NCBI RefSeq assembly: GCF_001194135.2
Contig: NC_069000.1
Span: 28,434,987-28,498,451 of the forward strand
Reading direction: 5' to 3'
DNA from: Octopus bimaculoides
Taxonomy: Eukaryota
DNA: 63,465 nucleotides
The notes beneath the pieces are model-generated. The model ran no database searches. It was not told the origin of the DNA and was given only the letters and a program-made list of their open reading frames with translations. Below are positions 24,774-36,553 of this stretch, piece after piece. Made by a program: the position numbers and the translations under genes. Every line of letters starts with the position of its first letter. The first letter of the stretch is position 1.

Positions 24774-27700
24774 AATAAATTATTATTTTATTAGCCACAG
24801 GGGCTCACATAAAATAACATTAAAAGACATGCAACAACATTAAAGACAAAAGCAGGACAATACAAAGGGTTTTACAGCATGTAAACAATATAATAACAAT
24901 AAGAATTGATCAAATTAAAACTCTCAATAGGGGAGGCTCTTTAAGGTCCTCATGGAAAAACCCACAAAAGCCACGGATGCCTGAACAACTGGGCAAGAGC
25001 CCTTCTCCTTCTTTTTACAAGTGCATGCTCAGAATTGGTCCTTGCACATTGGCCATTCTTCCAATGTTTTAACAAACTTGCTACAAGGCAACACTTCCCT
25101 CTCCACCGTCAGCTTCCTTTTCAAGTGGAACTTGAAAAAGTTTATGAAGGCTTGGCCTAAGAGAAAAGTGTCTGTCTTTTGCCCTTTCAAATGAGTCCAC
25201 CGTACTACCTCTTTCGCTACAGCCACTAAACAAATAAAAATTGCCTGCCCCTCCCAGCCAAAAAAGGGCAGCGGGGCAATCCTCATAATGGATTCAGCTG
25301 ATAGCTGGATCCATCCTACACATAACAGCAGGTGTCTGACATAAACCCACAAGTCAGCAATACTCGGGCACTGGACTAGAGCATGCAGAACAGTTTCATC
25401 GTTCTGGGCACACCTCAGGCAGGCCCAGCTGACGGCACTTCCGTGCCTGTAAAGTTTATCCCGAACAGACAATGCCCCTCGGTAGCACTACCAGGCAAGG
25501 GATTTCTGGAAGTTGAATGGCTCCGACAGGTGGCCATTCACCTGAACTACCAAGCAGCAAAGCAGCAATCCAACCACGGAAAACCGGACCGAACCCGGCT
25601 GCATTGAGGACAGCTGCCAAGTATTGATGGTCGACCCTATCAAAGGCTTTAGATTGATCTAAATTGATCAGAGCCCCACCCATGCCAGCTTCGTTACCCA
25701 CCCTCTCTATGATGTAGCACATAAGATGGAGGTTAGCATGAATACTCCTGGTTGGTATGGTGCATGTTTGCGTCTCGCCAACCAGCTTCTCTATGACAAG
25801 CACCAACCTCTTTGCTAACACGTTGGCCAAAATCTTCAACTTTGCACTAAGCAGAGTGATGGGCCTGAAATTCTCTATAATGTCTCCCTTGTTTGCGTCC
25901 TTTCTCAGCAGTGCTACCGCCCCTTGACAGACAAAAGTGGGGATTCTCCTATTCTGTTGCTAGTTGCAGTAGATGTTTGCTAAGTGGCTCGCAAATAAGC
26001 CTAGCATTGAAATATCAAGCTTGTAGAGTAGACCATCCAAACCCGACGATCTACCCCTCGTGCAACTCTTCATTGTTTCCCGTGTCTCTGCCACTGTTAT
26101 CAGCCTTTCACAGCATTCTGCCTTGCTCATGAAGAATCATGGTAGGCCGTCTAGGTAGACACTGATGTCTGCTCTATTATCTGTCCTACCATTTGTTCTG
26201 AACAGTCGAGCAAAGTGCCGCTGAAAAGCTTCACACATCTGTTTCGACTTGAACACCACACATCCACTCTGGTCAACCAAAGTCTGAATGGTGTTTATGC
26301 CACTTTTCGCCTCCACCATGTGGGCCTATCATGACGCTTTTGTTTCCTCCCTGCTTAGTGAACATGCCTTAGCTCTGACAATGCAGCCTTCGTGTTTGGT
26401 CGAGGGTCACTCTCGCTGCCAACACGTCAGTTGCGATGCCTGTCCTAAGTGCCTCATTGAAAATTTCTAACAAAATCTCCCTCTATTATATTTCTCTCTA
26501 CCGCTAATACCTTGCTAAAGCTAATCGATTCTACTCTAATTGCCCTTTTAAGAGCAAACCACCAGTTGTTGTTGATGATTGCCCTCGTCATCGTCTGCTT
26601 AACTAATTTGCTAATCCGGTCTTTGTAAGTTTGCCTTGCCAGTAATGATGTGTTCAGCTTCCAGTAACCGGGACCCTATCTATGAAGCCTGTCTAAGTCG
26701 ACTGTGCAGATCACAAATTTGTAGTCTGTGTAGCCGACCATTTAAAATTGTGGATAACCTATGCTCTCCTTGTCTGCTGGCATACAAAATACCCTATCTA
26801 GATACGATCTAGGTGACCCGATGCAGTTTGTCCAAGTCCACATTCGTGTAATCTAGTTGGTACCTGTCCGTGAGCAGGTTTTTGAGGCTTTTGCACCCTC
26901 CTCTCCTATTAGATACTCCCACGCAATCGAAACGTCCATCTAAGACAGCATCCCAATCCCCTACTAATACTAAAGTCCAAGACATTCCCAGGAAAACCTC
27001 CAGAAGCTTGAAGTAATCAGACCACCCTGCCCCTATCAGAGCATAGGCATCCTCCAGTCTGAAAGCACTGCCGTCACTGCTGTTCACATCTAGGACCTCC
27101 AACTTACCTCTGGATCCAGGAAGACTGCCTTTAATTTCAAATCCAGATCCCTCCAGAAAAGCACCACAGTCCACCACTGCCCCTTCCTGGCCAACACACA
27201 GATAGAAAAATCTCATTACCACCGGAAAAGGTGATGAGGTCCCATGGGTTGGATAGTCTAGATTCACTAATGGCTGCAACATCTACACTAGGGACAGCTT
27301 CATTTAAAAGGTGACCTTGTTTCCAAGGCAAGCCGAAGCCCCTATTCTATATAACCTATTCTGAGCATCACCATTGTAAAATAAATTTATCATGGAGAAG
27401 AGCTCTACTTACCATTGTTGCTGGCAGGGGTGTCCCTGTGGTCTTTGTTGTGGGCGTTTCCATGAGGTTTTTATACAGTCCTTTAGAAAATGTTTTTTGA
27501 AATGACCCAACAACATTTGGAAAGTTAATTTTTAATGTGTTGTAGGTGTTGTGCTTTAGTTTTAAAATATTTATGTGTGGTGGTGGTGCATTGTGTGTTG
27601 GGAAGACAAAGTCTTCCATTGTGGTGTCTGTGTATTCTCTGATGTATTTAACAAAGTGTGTGTTGTCGGTGTCGATGGCTGTGAGGTGTGTGTTTTGCAC

Positions 27701-28420
27701 AGTGTGTTTGTGCTCTGTACTGTGTCAGTGTTTGTGGTGGTAGTGCTGGTGGTTGTGTTGTTGTTGTTGGTTGTTGTGTGTGCGTGTTGCTGCTGTTGGG
27801 AATTTCCTCCTGTTTGTGCCTTCCACCTCTTTTCTTCTACTATTTTTTTTTCTTTTTTTAAGGGGAACTGTTTGCCATTCCCCCTTCTCGACCTCAGTAC
27901 TTGAACTGTCCAAGTTGTTTTGGTCAGGAAGGAGGATATTCTCTGGCTCTTCATTTCTGGCTGCTGCTACTGCTACAGTAGTTGTTGTTGTTGGTGGTGG
28001 TGGTACTCCAACTGGTGGTGGTACTCTGACTGGTGTTGGTGGTGGTACTCTGGCTGGTGGTTGTGGTACTCCAGCTGGTGGTGTTACTCTGGCTGATGGT
28101 GGTACACCCTCTGGTGTTATTGGTGCTCTGGTGATGGCTGGAGGTGGCATCGCTGCTGCTGTTGGTGATGGGGTTGGTTTCTGCTGCTGCTGCACTAGGG
28201 GTGCCCCCGTTTCTGCTGTTGCTTGCAGCTTTCTTCACATCTCTTTGTATTTGAGGCAGTTGACCTTGAGGTGAACTTTCAACAAAAGAACTCCTGCTGC
28301 ACACCAAAAGGAGTTCAGAAAACAAAAACACACAAACAAACCAGTCAAGAAACTTGAAAAAAGCCACAAAATCCAAACTCACAGAGCTCTCAAAACATGT
28401 CTTACTTTGCTGACAACAAC
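24774..28420 (-). mobile_element. L1/Tx1-type LINE copy D (both termini present, deletions in ORF1 and RT)
   Basis: ORF1 C-terminus DFVFPTHNAPP, endonuclease VGDWDAVLD, RT DQSKAFDRVDH, C-terminal WACLRCAQNDETVLHALVQC; 3' end CCCCTGTGGCTAATAAA. Confidence 0.9.
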
Positions 28421-28555
28421 AATAATAATAGTTACTCATATATGTACAAGAGAACACATTTGAGGAAGAATGAATATTTGAGGAATAAGTTGATTAGATC
28501 AACTCTAGTACTTAACTGGTACTTTATCAACGTCTGGAAGGATGAAATGCAATAT
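28421..28555 (-). mobile_element. SINE family 3, 3' fragment, abutting the 5' end of LINE copy D
   Basis: Degenerate match to the SINE3 body (tgattagatcaactctagtacttaactggtactttatcaac..gaaggatgaaa) with (AAT)n tail. Confidence 0.55.
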
Positions 28556-28716
28556 TAATAACAACAACAACAACAATAATATCAATAAAACTTTTTTTAT
28601 AACTGTCAATTGATAGCATATATAAAAAGGTGAGGTCTGTGAAATGTACATTAAGACGATAAAAATATTCCAGAATAACATAGCTAGGTTTTCCATGTTT
28701 TTTCTTTTTTTTTAAA

Positions 28717-28755
<39 letters not shown>

Positions 28756-30179
28756 CATACATGAAGGCCAGGTGGTGTATTTTAGTCTGATTTACAATAA
28801 ACAGTCAGGAAGTGTTTTGTTAAGACAACGAATTTGACAAATCAATTGTTTATGAAGTTATTTCCTATGAAATCTGTACAGTTTTGAAAACAACAAGAAC
28901 AATACAAAACATATTAGAGAAAGATGTAAAATTTCCAGTTGTACGTTCATCATCTTGTCAGTTGTGCTAAATCATTGCAGAGTCAATTAATGAAAATACT
29001 TTATTTATGAGTTAATTCTTTAGTATTCAGATTGCTCTATCAAATGTAGGTCTTATGTATTCACATTGTGTTGAATTAATAATGCATTATCTTGTAGCTT
29101 CAAGATTATGATGATGGGATTGTTTATTTTTAGAATAACATTGTAGGGTGAGAGGCCAAATCTGACCCATTTGAACATAAAACAAGTAAAATATTTGAGC
29201 TGGATACGGTTGGTTTAAATACTAAAGGATTAAAGCTACCATTGGTTTCATGTTAAGAGAGAAACCCCACAACAATTATCAAGCCTGCCACATGGCAAGA
29301 ATCATTATCCACCAATGCAGTATTGAGCACTCATGCTCAGTCCAAGGATGGTGGTTATGGTATTACCTTTATTCCTTCATTATGGCTGTTTCAACAATAC
29401 ATTGTTTCAGATACATCATTAATGTAAATATGAATGACTGGGTAAATTACAATGGAGTACATGTGATCCATTTCATCTCATTAGACAAAGGTCAAAAATG
29501 TAATATAATTTACACTTGGAAAATTATGCTATATATTTTTGTTTAAGATCACAGAAGGAATAGCCTTATACACACAAAGAGAGAGAGAGAGTGTGAATCT
29601 TCTGACACACATGTGAAAAATAAGGTAGATAGTATTGAAAACAGGTTGACTTAGTTGCATTATGCACACATACATTACAGAAATATCGCAAAAGATGAAC
29701 TATAATTTCAATAGGGTCTCATAGAGTTAACAGCAGCCTGGAACTTTCTCTGCCCTACCCCACAACTTTTGATTGAAATGTACATGAATTTAGTTCCCAG
29801 GCAACTCATTATGCACTCTTTCTTCTTTATGTATGTATGATATTTTGGTATACCCCCTTTTGCCACCACAAGCTTACATGCATGCATGGCTATGTGAGTT
29901 GTATACATGTATGTGTACATGTATTTATGTATGCAGGATGTGTGTGGTTACAAATGCAGATATTAGTCCTTGCTATGTACTGTCTGCTCTCTTCTGGCTA
30001 ACCTGAAATCTACCCACCTCCTTCACTCCTTGCTGGTGCTTGTCTTAGATGGTTTGTGGGATTGAGAAAATTGTAATTCATTGAGTAATTTAGCCCTGTA
30101 CAAAAGCCCTCTGCCAAAAGTTCACACAAATCTGTTTTCTGGTACTGACAACTGTCCAAGAACTATTTTCCCAGTCTTC

Positions 30180-32870
30180 CTTCCGAGACTACAAATTTAG
30201 GACCAGCACCATCAATGCTGGCACAATGAAAGAAGGGACAGTGAGAGAACTGAAATTTTGAAGCAGGCATGTGCTGTGTGCAAAGGGGTAAAATGGAGGG
30301 AAGCTTCAGCTACATTCTCAATGAGCAAGAACAGAGGTTCAAATTCTTTTGATTGTGTAGTAGCAACAGGGTGGATGGTGTAGGTATACTTTCGTCAGAA
30401 AAATGAGTAGATAAAGTAACTGAGGTAGTAAGAATGAGTGGTAGGATAGGTAAGATGAAACTAGTCTTAAATAAATCAGAAGTTACATTTAACTCTATAT
30501 ATGCTTTACAATCTGGGTTGGCAGATGAACAGAAGAGCCAATTTTAGTTCTTTTGAAGATTGCCTCAATGACAAATTACAGAAATTTGATTATGGCTGGT
30601 GACTTCAATGGACATGTTGGGCAGTACATCAATGGATTTCATGGTATGCATGGTGGTTACAGTTTTGGTTTTAGAAATGAAGAGCAAGCAAGGCTAACTT
30701 CAGGAAACCAGCCAACCACCTGATCTGGTGGGCACACAAACCAGATTGACTCCCCTGAATATGGGATAGACAGACACTTGTAAATGCAAAGTCTCTCCCA
30801 GGCAAGGAATGTACAACCCAATATAGGTTAGTGACATAGGACTAGAAGGATTCAGTGAAATAAACCAGTCTGGAAAAGAAAGATATGGAAACTCAAAGAC
30901 CCTGAAAACAGCCAGAAATTTAGAGATATCCTAGAGCAGGGGTGGGTGGGGGTGACACCAAAGTTTTTACATGGTGGGCCAGATAACTGAGAGAATAATG
31001 AGTACAGACTGCATAACCATTTTGTTCAATACAATACAATGAATATACAAAGAATAAAGATAACCAACTTATTATTTACCAAAACTTATCAAAGAAGGTG
31101 ATGTTAGCAATAAGATCACCAGTGTGCACATACCCGAATCTTACAAACTAAGCAGCAAAAAAGGTTAGTGAGATTTGTGAAACTGGTGTTTAGCTTTGAA
31201 GATATCGATATTTACTTTGGAATTGCTGCATCCAACCAAGAGAATTGCTTTCAAATGTTCATCAGCCAACCTTGTTTGATGTGCTGACTTCACATACTTC
31301 ATTATTGAAAATGTTTGCTCACAGACATCAGTTGTTCCAAACACTAATGCCATACTAGAAGCAAATGAACTCTCATTGCAAGTACTTAGACAAAAGGTAC
31401 AGTGTGGCAGTGGGCTGGATGAACTGACCTTGTGGACCATAGTTTGGTGATACCAGAGGAAGCTTTTGATAGAGATGTATGGCATAGAGGACAGATGGAA
31501 GTTCCTATGGGACAACCTACTGAGAGTTATAAACCCAGTAGCTGGTGTAAAGTCCTGGTCAGACCAAAGGTGACATGGTAGTGGAACAACAAGGTAGACA
31601 GAACTAAATGCAGAGACAGGATTGAAAAAATGGGGGTAGCAGAGAAATATATCAGGTAGCTAGAAAAAAAAAGCTAGATGACAAGTTTACATTGCAGAAA
31701 GGTGATATGGTAATGTTCTGCAGGAACAGAATTAGACTAGATGAGATGCAGTTTGGTTTTCTGTTGAGAAGTATTACTGATGATGCCCTCTTAGTATGAC
31801 AAAAGCAGAAGTATTTAGCTAAAAATAAACCATTGCGACCTGGAGAAAACCTTCAACAGAGTTCCTCACTCTGTAATATAGCAGTCTCTGAGGAAGCAAG
31901 GGATAGAAAAATGGTGTTTGAAAGCTATACAAGTAATATACAGGGGTGCTATCAGTAATATGAGAATTAGCCATGAGTAAAAACAAAGGATTTAGAATAG
32001 TTATTTTCAAATTCCTCTGTAGTGGCCACTACAGAGGAATTTGAAAATAACTATATGCTGATGATTTTATTTTCAAAGCAGGATTAGAAAAGAAATTCCA
32101 GGTGTAGAAGCAAAATTTAGAATCAAAGGGCCTTAAAATTAACTTAGCAAATCCGAAGTTCTAGTAAGCAGAAAAATGAACAGGACATCACTCCCTTCAA
32201 GTAAATGGCTCTGCTTGCTATGTAGGAAAGATGTAGGAAGAAATTCCAAATGGTGTGCCCAGTGCAAGCTATGGACACATAAAAAGTGTAGTGGAATAAT
32301 AGGAAGGTTAATAGAGAAAGTAGCGTTTGTATGCAGAAGATGCATGGAAGCCATAAACATGAAAGATAATAGAGAAACAAATTTTTTCAAATGCCCTGGA
32401 GGCCCCCAAGAGGTGGTGGATAGTTTCTATTACCTAGGTAACATAATTAGCAGTGGAAGAGGATATTCTGAAAGTATAGTTGCTAGAATAAGAATAGTTC
32501 AGAGAGCTATTACCTCTGTTGGCAACATTTCTGAGTGAAAGGCAGATTGTTTGATGCATGTGTATAAACAGCAGCACTACAGGGTAGTAAGACATGAGTC
32601 CTGAATGCAGAGGATATGGGAAGAGTAGAGAGAAATGAAACTAGTATGCTTTGTTGGATGTTCAATATCAGCATGCCTGTGCAAATGTATTGAGAGAAAA
32701 AGTGGTCATAAGAAGAATCAGATGTAGTGTGCAAGAGTTTGTTGTTGCAGTGGTTTGGTCTTGTGATGTGTATGGATGAGGACAGTTGTGTAAATAAGTG
32801 TCAAACATAAAGTGGATAGAACTTGTGGAAGACATGAGATGAAGTAGTGAAAGCTGATCTCAAGAGCAGA
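30180..32870 (+). mobile_element. Decayed RTE (BovB-like) LINE with internal deletions, interrupted by a hAT element
   Basis: Endonuclease start (TINAGTMK) and AGDFNGHVG; RT-like and C-terminal segments homologous to the copies at 7070 and 59310. Confidence 0.78.
30937..31456 (-). mobile_element. Non-autonomous hAT (Charlie/SPIN-like) element nested in the RTE
   Basis: CAGGGG..ggtgggccagat terminus; rc right terminus resembling CAGGGGTCACCAAACTACGGCC; transposase C-terminus CEQTFSIMKYVKSAHQTRLADEHL; left flank tcctagag fits the CTAG-centred target of this group. Confidence 0.75.
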
Positions 32871-33124
32871 GCCTTATGGGGAGATTACAAAGAACAGAGA
32901 AGATTGGCAATTCACTGTGCACAAAACCCATCCATCCCCACCAAAAATGATGTCTTAAAATCACCCTGGTTATGCTTGTACGTGAGGGGTCCAAACCCTC
33001 CTTTCATCCCCTAACACCCATCGCTCCTCTAACTTTGGCACTACTTGGCTTGCACTTCCTGTTACATTCCCAAATCCTGGAACCACTTCTTACCTCTCAT
33101 ATGCATTATTATCCCTTCCTAGAA

Positions 33125-33340
33125 GGCAACGAGCTTGCAGAATCATTAGTCCACCAGGCAAAATGCTTAGCAGCATTTTTTGTGTGTTTTCACATTCTGA
33201 GTTCAAATTCTGCTGTGGCTGACTTTGCTTTCATCCTTCGGGGTTGATAAATTAAGTACCTGTGAATGACTGGAGTCGATGTAATTGACTAGTCCCCTCC
33301 TCATAAATTTCAGGCCTTGTGCCTTCAGTAGAAAGGATCA
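33125..33340 (+). mobile_element. SINE family 3
   Basis: aaggcaacgagcttgcagaatcattag...gagttcaaattc...caggccttgtgccttcagtagaaagg. Confidence 0.75.
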
Positions 33341-33859
33341 TTACCCCTTCCCAAACTATTTCCAGTGAAGCACTCTCCTCTGCTATTCACTATCAAAACA
33401 CCATCTATAATAGCCCCCTGTGTACCTCTACATCTCCCTCTCCACAGTTCCAATACCTTGCATATCATTGCTCTCTCTTCTGATCTATCTTGATTCCTGA
33501 GCCACTTATATTTCTTTCAACTTCATCTTCACATTGGAATTTCCTATCAAATGCACCTCCACCCTTGCTTATCCCTCACTACATTGACCACTAGCTCCAC
33601 CTCTATCCATCTATTATTCTCCCATCACACTCTTATGTAACTATCCCCTCTCCCCTTCTTATGTAATGTAGTGCAGTCATGTATTTCTTCTATTGCAAGA
33701 TACCTGTTCTTGTCCCTCTATCATACTTTAGCATTTCAAAACCGAGCATAAAACCACTGGCCTCTTTTAAATTCTTCCTTACCCAATTAGTCAAGAGTGT
33801 TTCTTTTCTTTTTCCCATTCTTTTCTCATCTGAGAAGTTACTTGGCAATCTCACTAATG

Positions 33860-34030
33860 ATGGCGGCTAGAAAAAGAGCACCCAGTACACCCTGTAAAGT
33901 GGTTGGTGTTAGGAAGGGCATCCAGCAACAGCAACTATGTCTATGACATTGGAAATTGATCTGGCCCTGGAGCTCACAGGATTTTATCAAACTGTTTGAC
34001 CCATGTCAGCATGGAAAATGGATGTTGGAT
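33860..34030 (+). mobile_element. RTE-tail element
   Basis: gtggttggtgttaggaagggcatccagc...ccatgtcagcatggaaaatggatg. Confidence 0.6.
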
Positions 34031-35124
34031 GATACACACGCATACAGTGTTTGCTTGTATGTTAACATTCATGCACATAAATATTTTTTTAGCTATACCT
34101 AAGTATAGTTTAAAATTTAAACTACCTCATCTTGTTATGATCTGCTTTTTACTGCCTGTGTGTTTAACATATAGATGCATGCACACTCTGTATACTCATA
34201 GATATATACATTTCTTTTCAATATAAACCAACTTTTATTAATCTTTGTTTTAAGGATATCCCATCATGCACATTTTATATACACATGATTATCACACACA
34301 CACACACATTTGTGTATGTGGGTTACTGTGTTCTTGCTATGGCATCACATGGTAAACAAGTGTCACTGTCATGCAAGCAATGTACTTTGTTTCCAATCTT
34401 CCATGTCTGGTCATGGGGAAATATTACAGATGAAGGTTGGCAACAAGGAGGGCTTCTGGCCATAGAAAATTTACCCCAACAAAATTCTATTTGACTCATG
34501 CAAGCATGAAACCCATTGATGATAATTATTATATAAATTATATTTAGTTAGTTTTTATTATCAGCTTTTTACTTTGCTGGTGACTGCTGCCTGTCTAATT
34601 TCCCAGACTATTATTCCTTTCTAGTTGCAATCACCTCTCCCTTTATAACTTGTAAGTTGTAAGCACTGCATGATGTTACATTATATTTTCCACATATATA
34701 AGCATATATGTGTATCTCTTCATTTTAGATGCTTTACCACACTACAGTTTTTTTCATTCTTCCCATTATTCTTATCTTCTATATATATCCCTTTTCTTTC
34801 TCTTATAGTTGCAAAAGTTATTCATTCTTTCATTTATTTGTTTTTTCATCACACTCATTCGCTCTTATTTTAATTATTATTTCCATTTAAATTTATATTT
34901 TGATCATTTACAACAACTTCTTATACTATATATCTCGTAATAATATTTATGTGTGTGTTATTGCAAGTATAGACTATTTATACTGTCAGTTATTAATTTT
35001 ATTTGACTTACATAAATGTTTACATATTTTTTCCTATAATGATCAGTTATTTGCATCCAATAGAAACTTGTTATTTTGAAAAGTAATTGTTCCATTAGTT
35101 TTAGATATATGCATAGTTGTAGGT

Positions 35125-35480
35125 GTGGCTGTGTAGTAAGAGGCTTGCTTCCAAGTAATATGGTTCTAGTTTCAGTCCTACTACATGGCATCTTCTACCT
35201 TGGGCCAATCAAAGCCTTCCAAGTGGATTTAATAGACAGAAACTGAAAGAAGCCTCTTGTATTGTGTGTGTGTTTGTGTCTGTCCCCCTTCACTGCTTGA
35301 CAACTGCTGTTGGTGTGATTATGTCTCCATAACTGAGCCGTTTGGTAAAAGATTGATAGAATACGTACCAGGCCCAAATGAAAAAAATTAAAGTACTGGG
35401 GTTGATTCATTTAAAAACAAAAAATTCTTCAAAGCACAGTCACAGTCTAATGACTGAAACAAGCAAAAGATAAAAAATAA
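35125..35480 (+). mobile_element. SINE family 2
   Basis: Full-length similarity to 1322-1648. Confidence 0.75.
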
Positions 35481-35765
35481 AAGGTTTACATATATTCTGT
35501 GATCTTAACAAACAACAATGTATATCAATTTTCCAAGGGTAAATTATATCGTATTTTTGACCTTTGATGAAATGAAATGGATCACTTGTACTAAGTTGTA
35601 ATATTATTCAATCATTCATATTTACATTAATGATGTATGTGAACCATATATTGTTGAAAAAACTGTAATGAAAGAATAAATGTAATACCATTCGTGGACT
35701 TTATTATATTCTGCAAGTATTTAATTAATCTTGGAATTCAGTTTGTGTGAATGCTTTCCTTTCAG

Positions 35766-35844
35766 GAAAACTGTCCACTTCTATATACTCTGTTAGCTGA
35801 AGGATTGACTGAGGATACACCTCGGACTTATAAATTCCCTTTTA

Positions 35845-35849
<5 letters not shown>
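35766..35849 (+). CDS. Candidate terminal coding exon of an unidentified plus-strand gene (ENCPLLYTLLAEGLTEDTPRTYKFPFI*)
   Basis: Strong acceptor tgctttcctttcag|G, 27 open non-repetitive codons, then TGA; no upstream exon found and no family recognised. Confidence 0.33.
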
Positions 35850-35885
<36 letters not shown>

Positions 35886-35914
35886 TGTACATACACAAAT
35901 ACACGTGTATACAC

Positions 35915-36275
35915 ACACACATGGCTGTGTGATATGAATTTGCTTCACAACCACAATTCAGGCAGGTATCTTCTGCTATAGTACTGGGATCAAAACCTTG
36001 TATGGATTTGGTAGTGGAAAACTGAAAGAAGCTCACTGTGTGAGTGTGTATATGTGCCTTTGTGTTTGTTCACCAGCACCAATTGATAATTGATGCTGGT
36101 TTGTTTTCATCCCTCTAACTTAGCGGTTGGCAAAACAGACTGCCAGAACAAGTACCAAGTCTAGAAGGAAGAAATAAGTACTGGTGTTGATTTGTTCGAC
36201 TAAACTCTTGAAAGTGGTGGTACTCTGGCATGCCCACAGCCCAATTCAAAATAAAAAGATAAAAGATACATATAC
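35915..36275 (+). mobile_element. SINE family 2
   Basis: tggctgtgtgatatg...gaaaactgaaagaagc...ttagcggttggcaaaacagac; similar to other copies. Confidence 0.7.
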
Positions 36276-36314
36276 ATACATATGTACAAACATATATATA
36301 TTTACACACACTCT

Positions 36315-36364
<50 letters not shown>

Positions 36365-36457
36365 CCGGAGTAAGCACATGAAATGTGCAACAAAGAGTAC
36401 TCAAATACCAGAGGTAGAGTAATATGCTTTATTTAAAAGCAGCAGAAATATAACAAA

Positions 36458-36503
36458 AAAACCGTTACTCTGAGTTTCATGTTCCCGTTCATCGGACAGT
36501 TTT
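36458..36503 (-). ncRNA. Putative minimal type I hammerhead ribozyme, mirror copy
   Basis: rc AAAACTGT-CCGATGA-ACG GGAA CAT-GAA-ACTCAGAGT-A-ACGGTTTT; stem I with a G.U wobble, one mismatch in stem II. Confidence 0.45.
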
Positions 36504-36508
36504 GTTAG

Positions 36509-36553
36509 AAAACTGTCCGATGAACGGGAACGTGAAACTCAGAGTAACGTTTT
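36509..36553 (+). ncRNA. Putative minimal type I hammerhead ribozyme (U4C core variant)
   Basis: AAAACTGT-CCGATGA-ACG GGAA CGT-GAA-ACTC A GAGT-A-ACGTTTT: stem I (one bulge), 3-bp stem II, palindromic stem III, GUA site at 36544-36546. Confidence 0.55.

Noticed and set aside
14387-28420. Array read as a host gene cluster or a telomeric HeT-A/TART-like array
   Set aside because: All copies are decayed APE-RT elements with stops, and there are no telomeric repeats or chromosome-end evidence.
34607-34657. AG...GTAAGT-bounded segment as an upstream exon of the orphan exon
   Set aside because: Its open frame ends in phase 1, incompatible with the phase-0 orphan exon, and there is no homology support.
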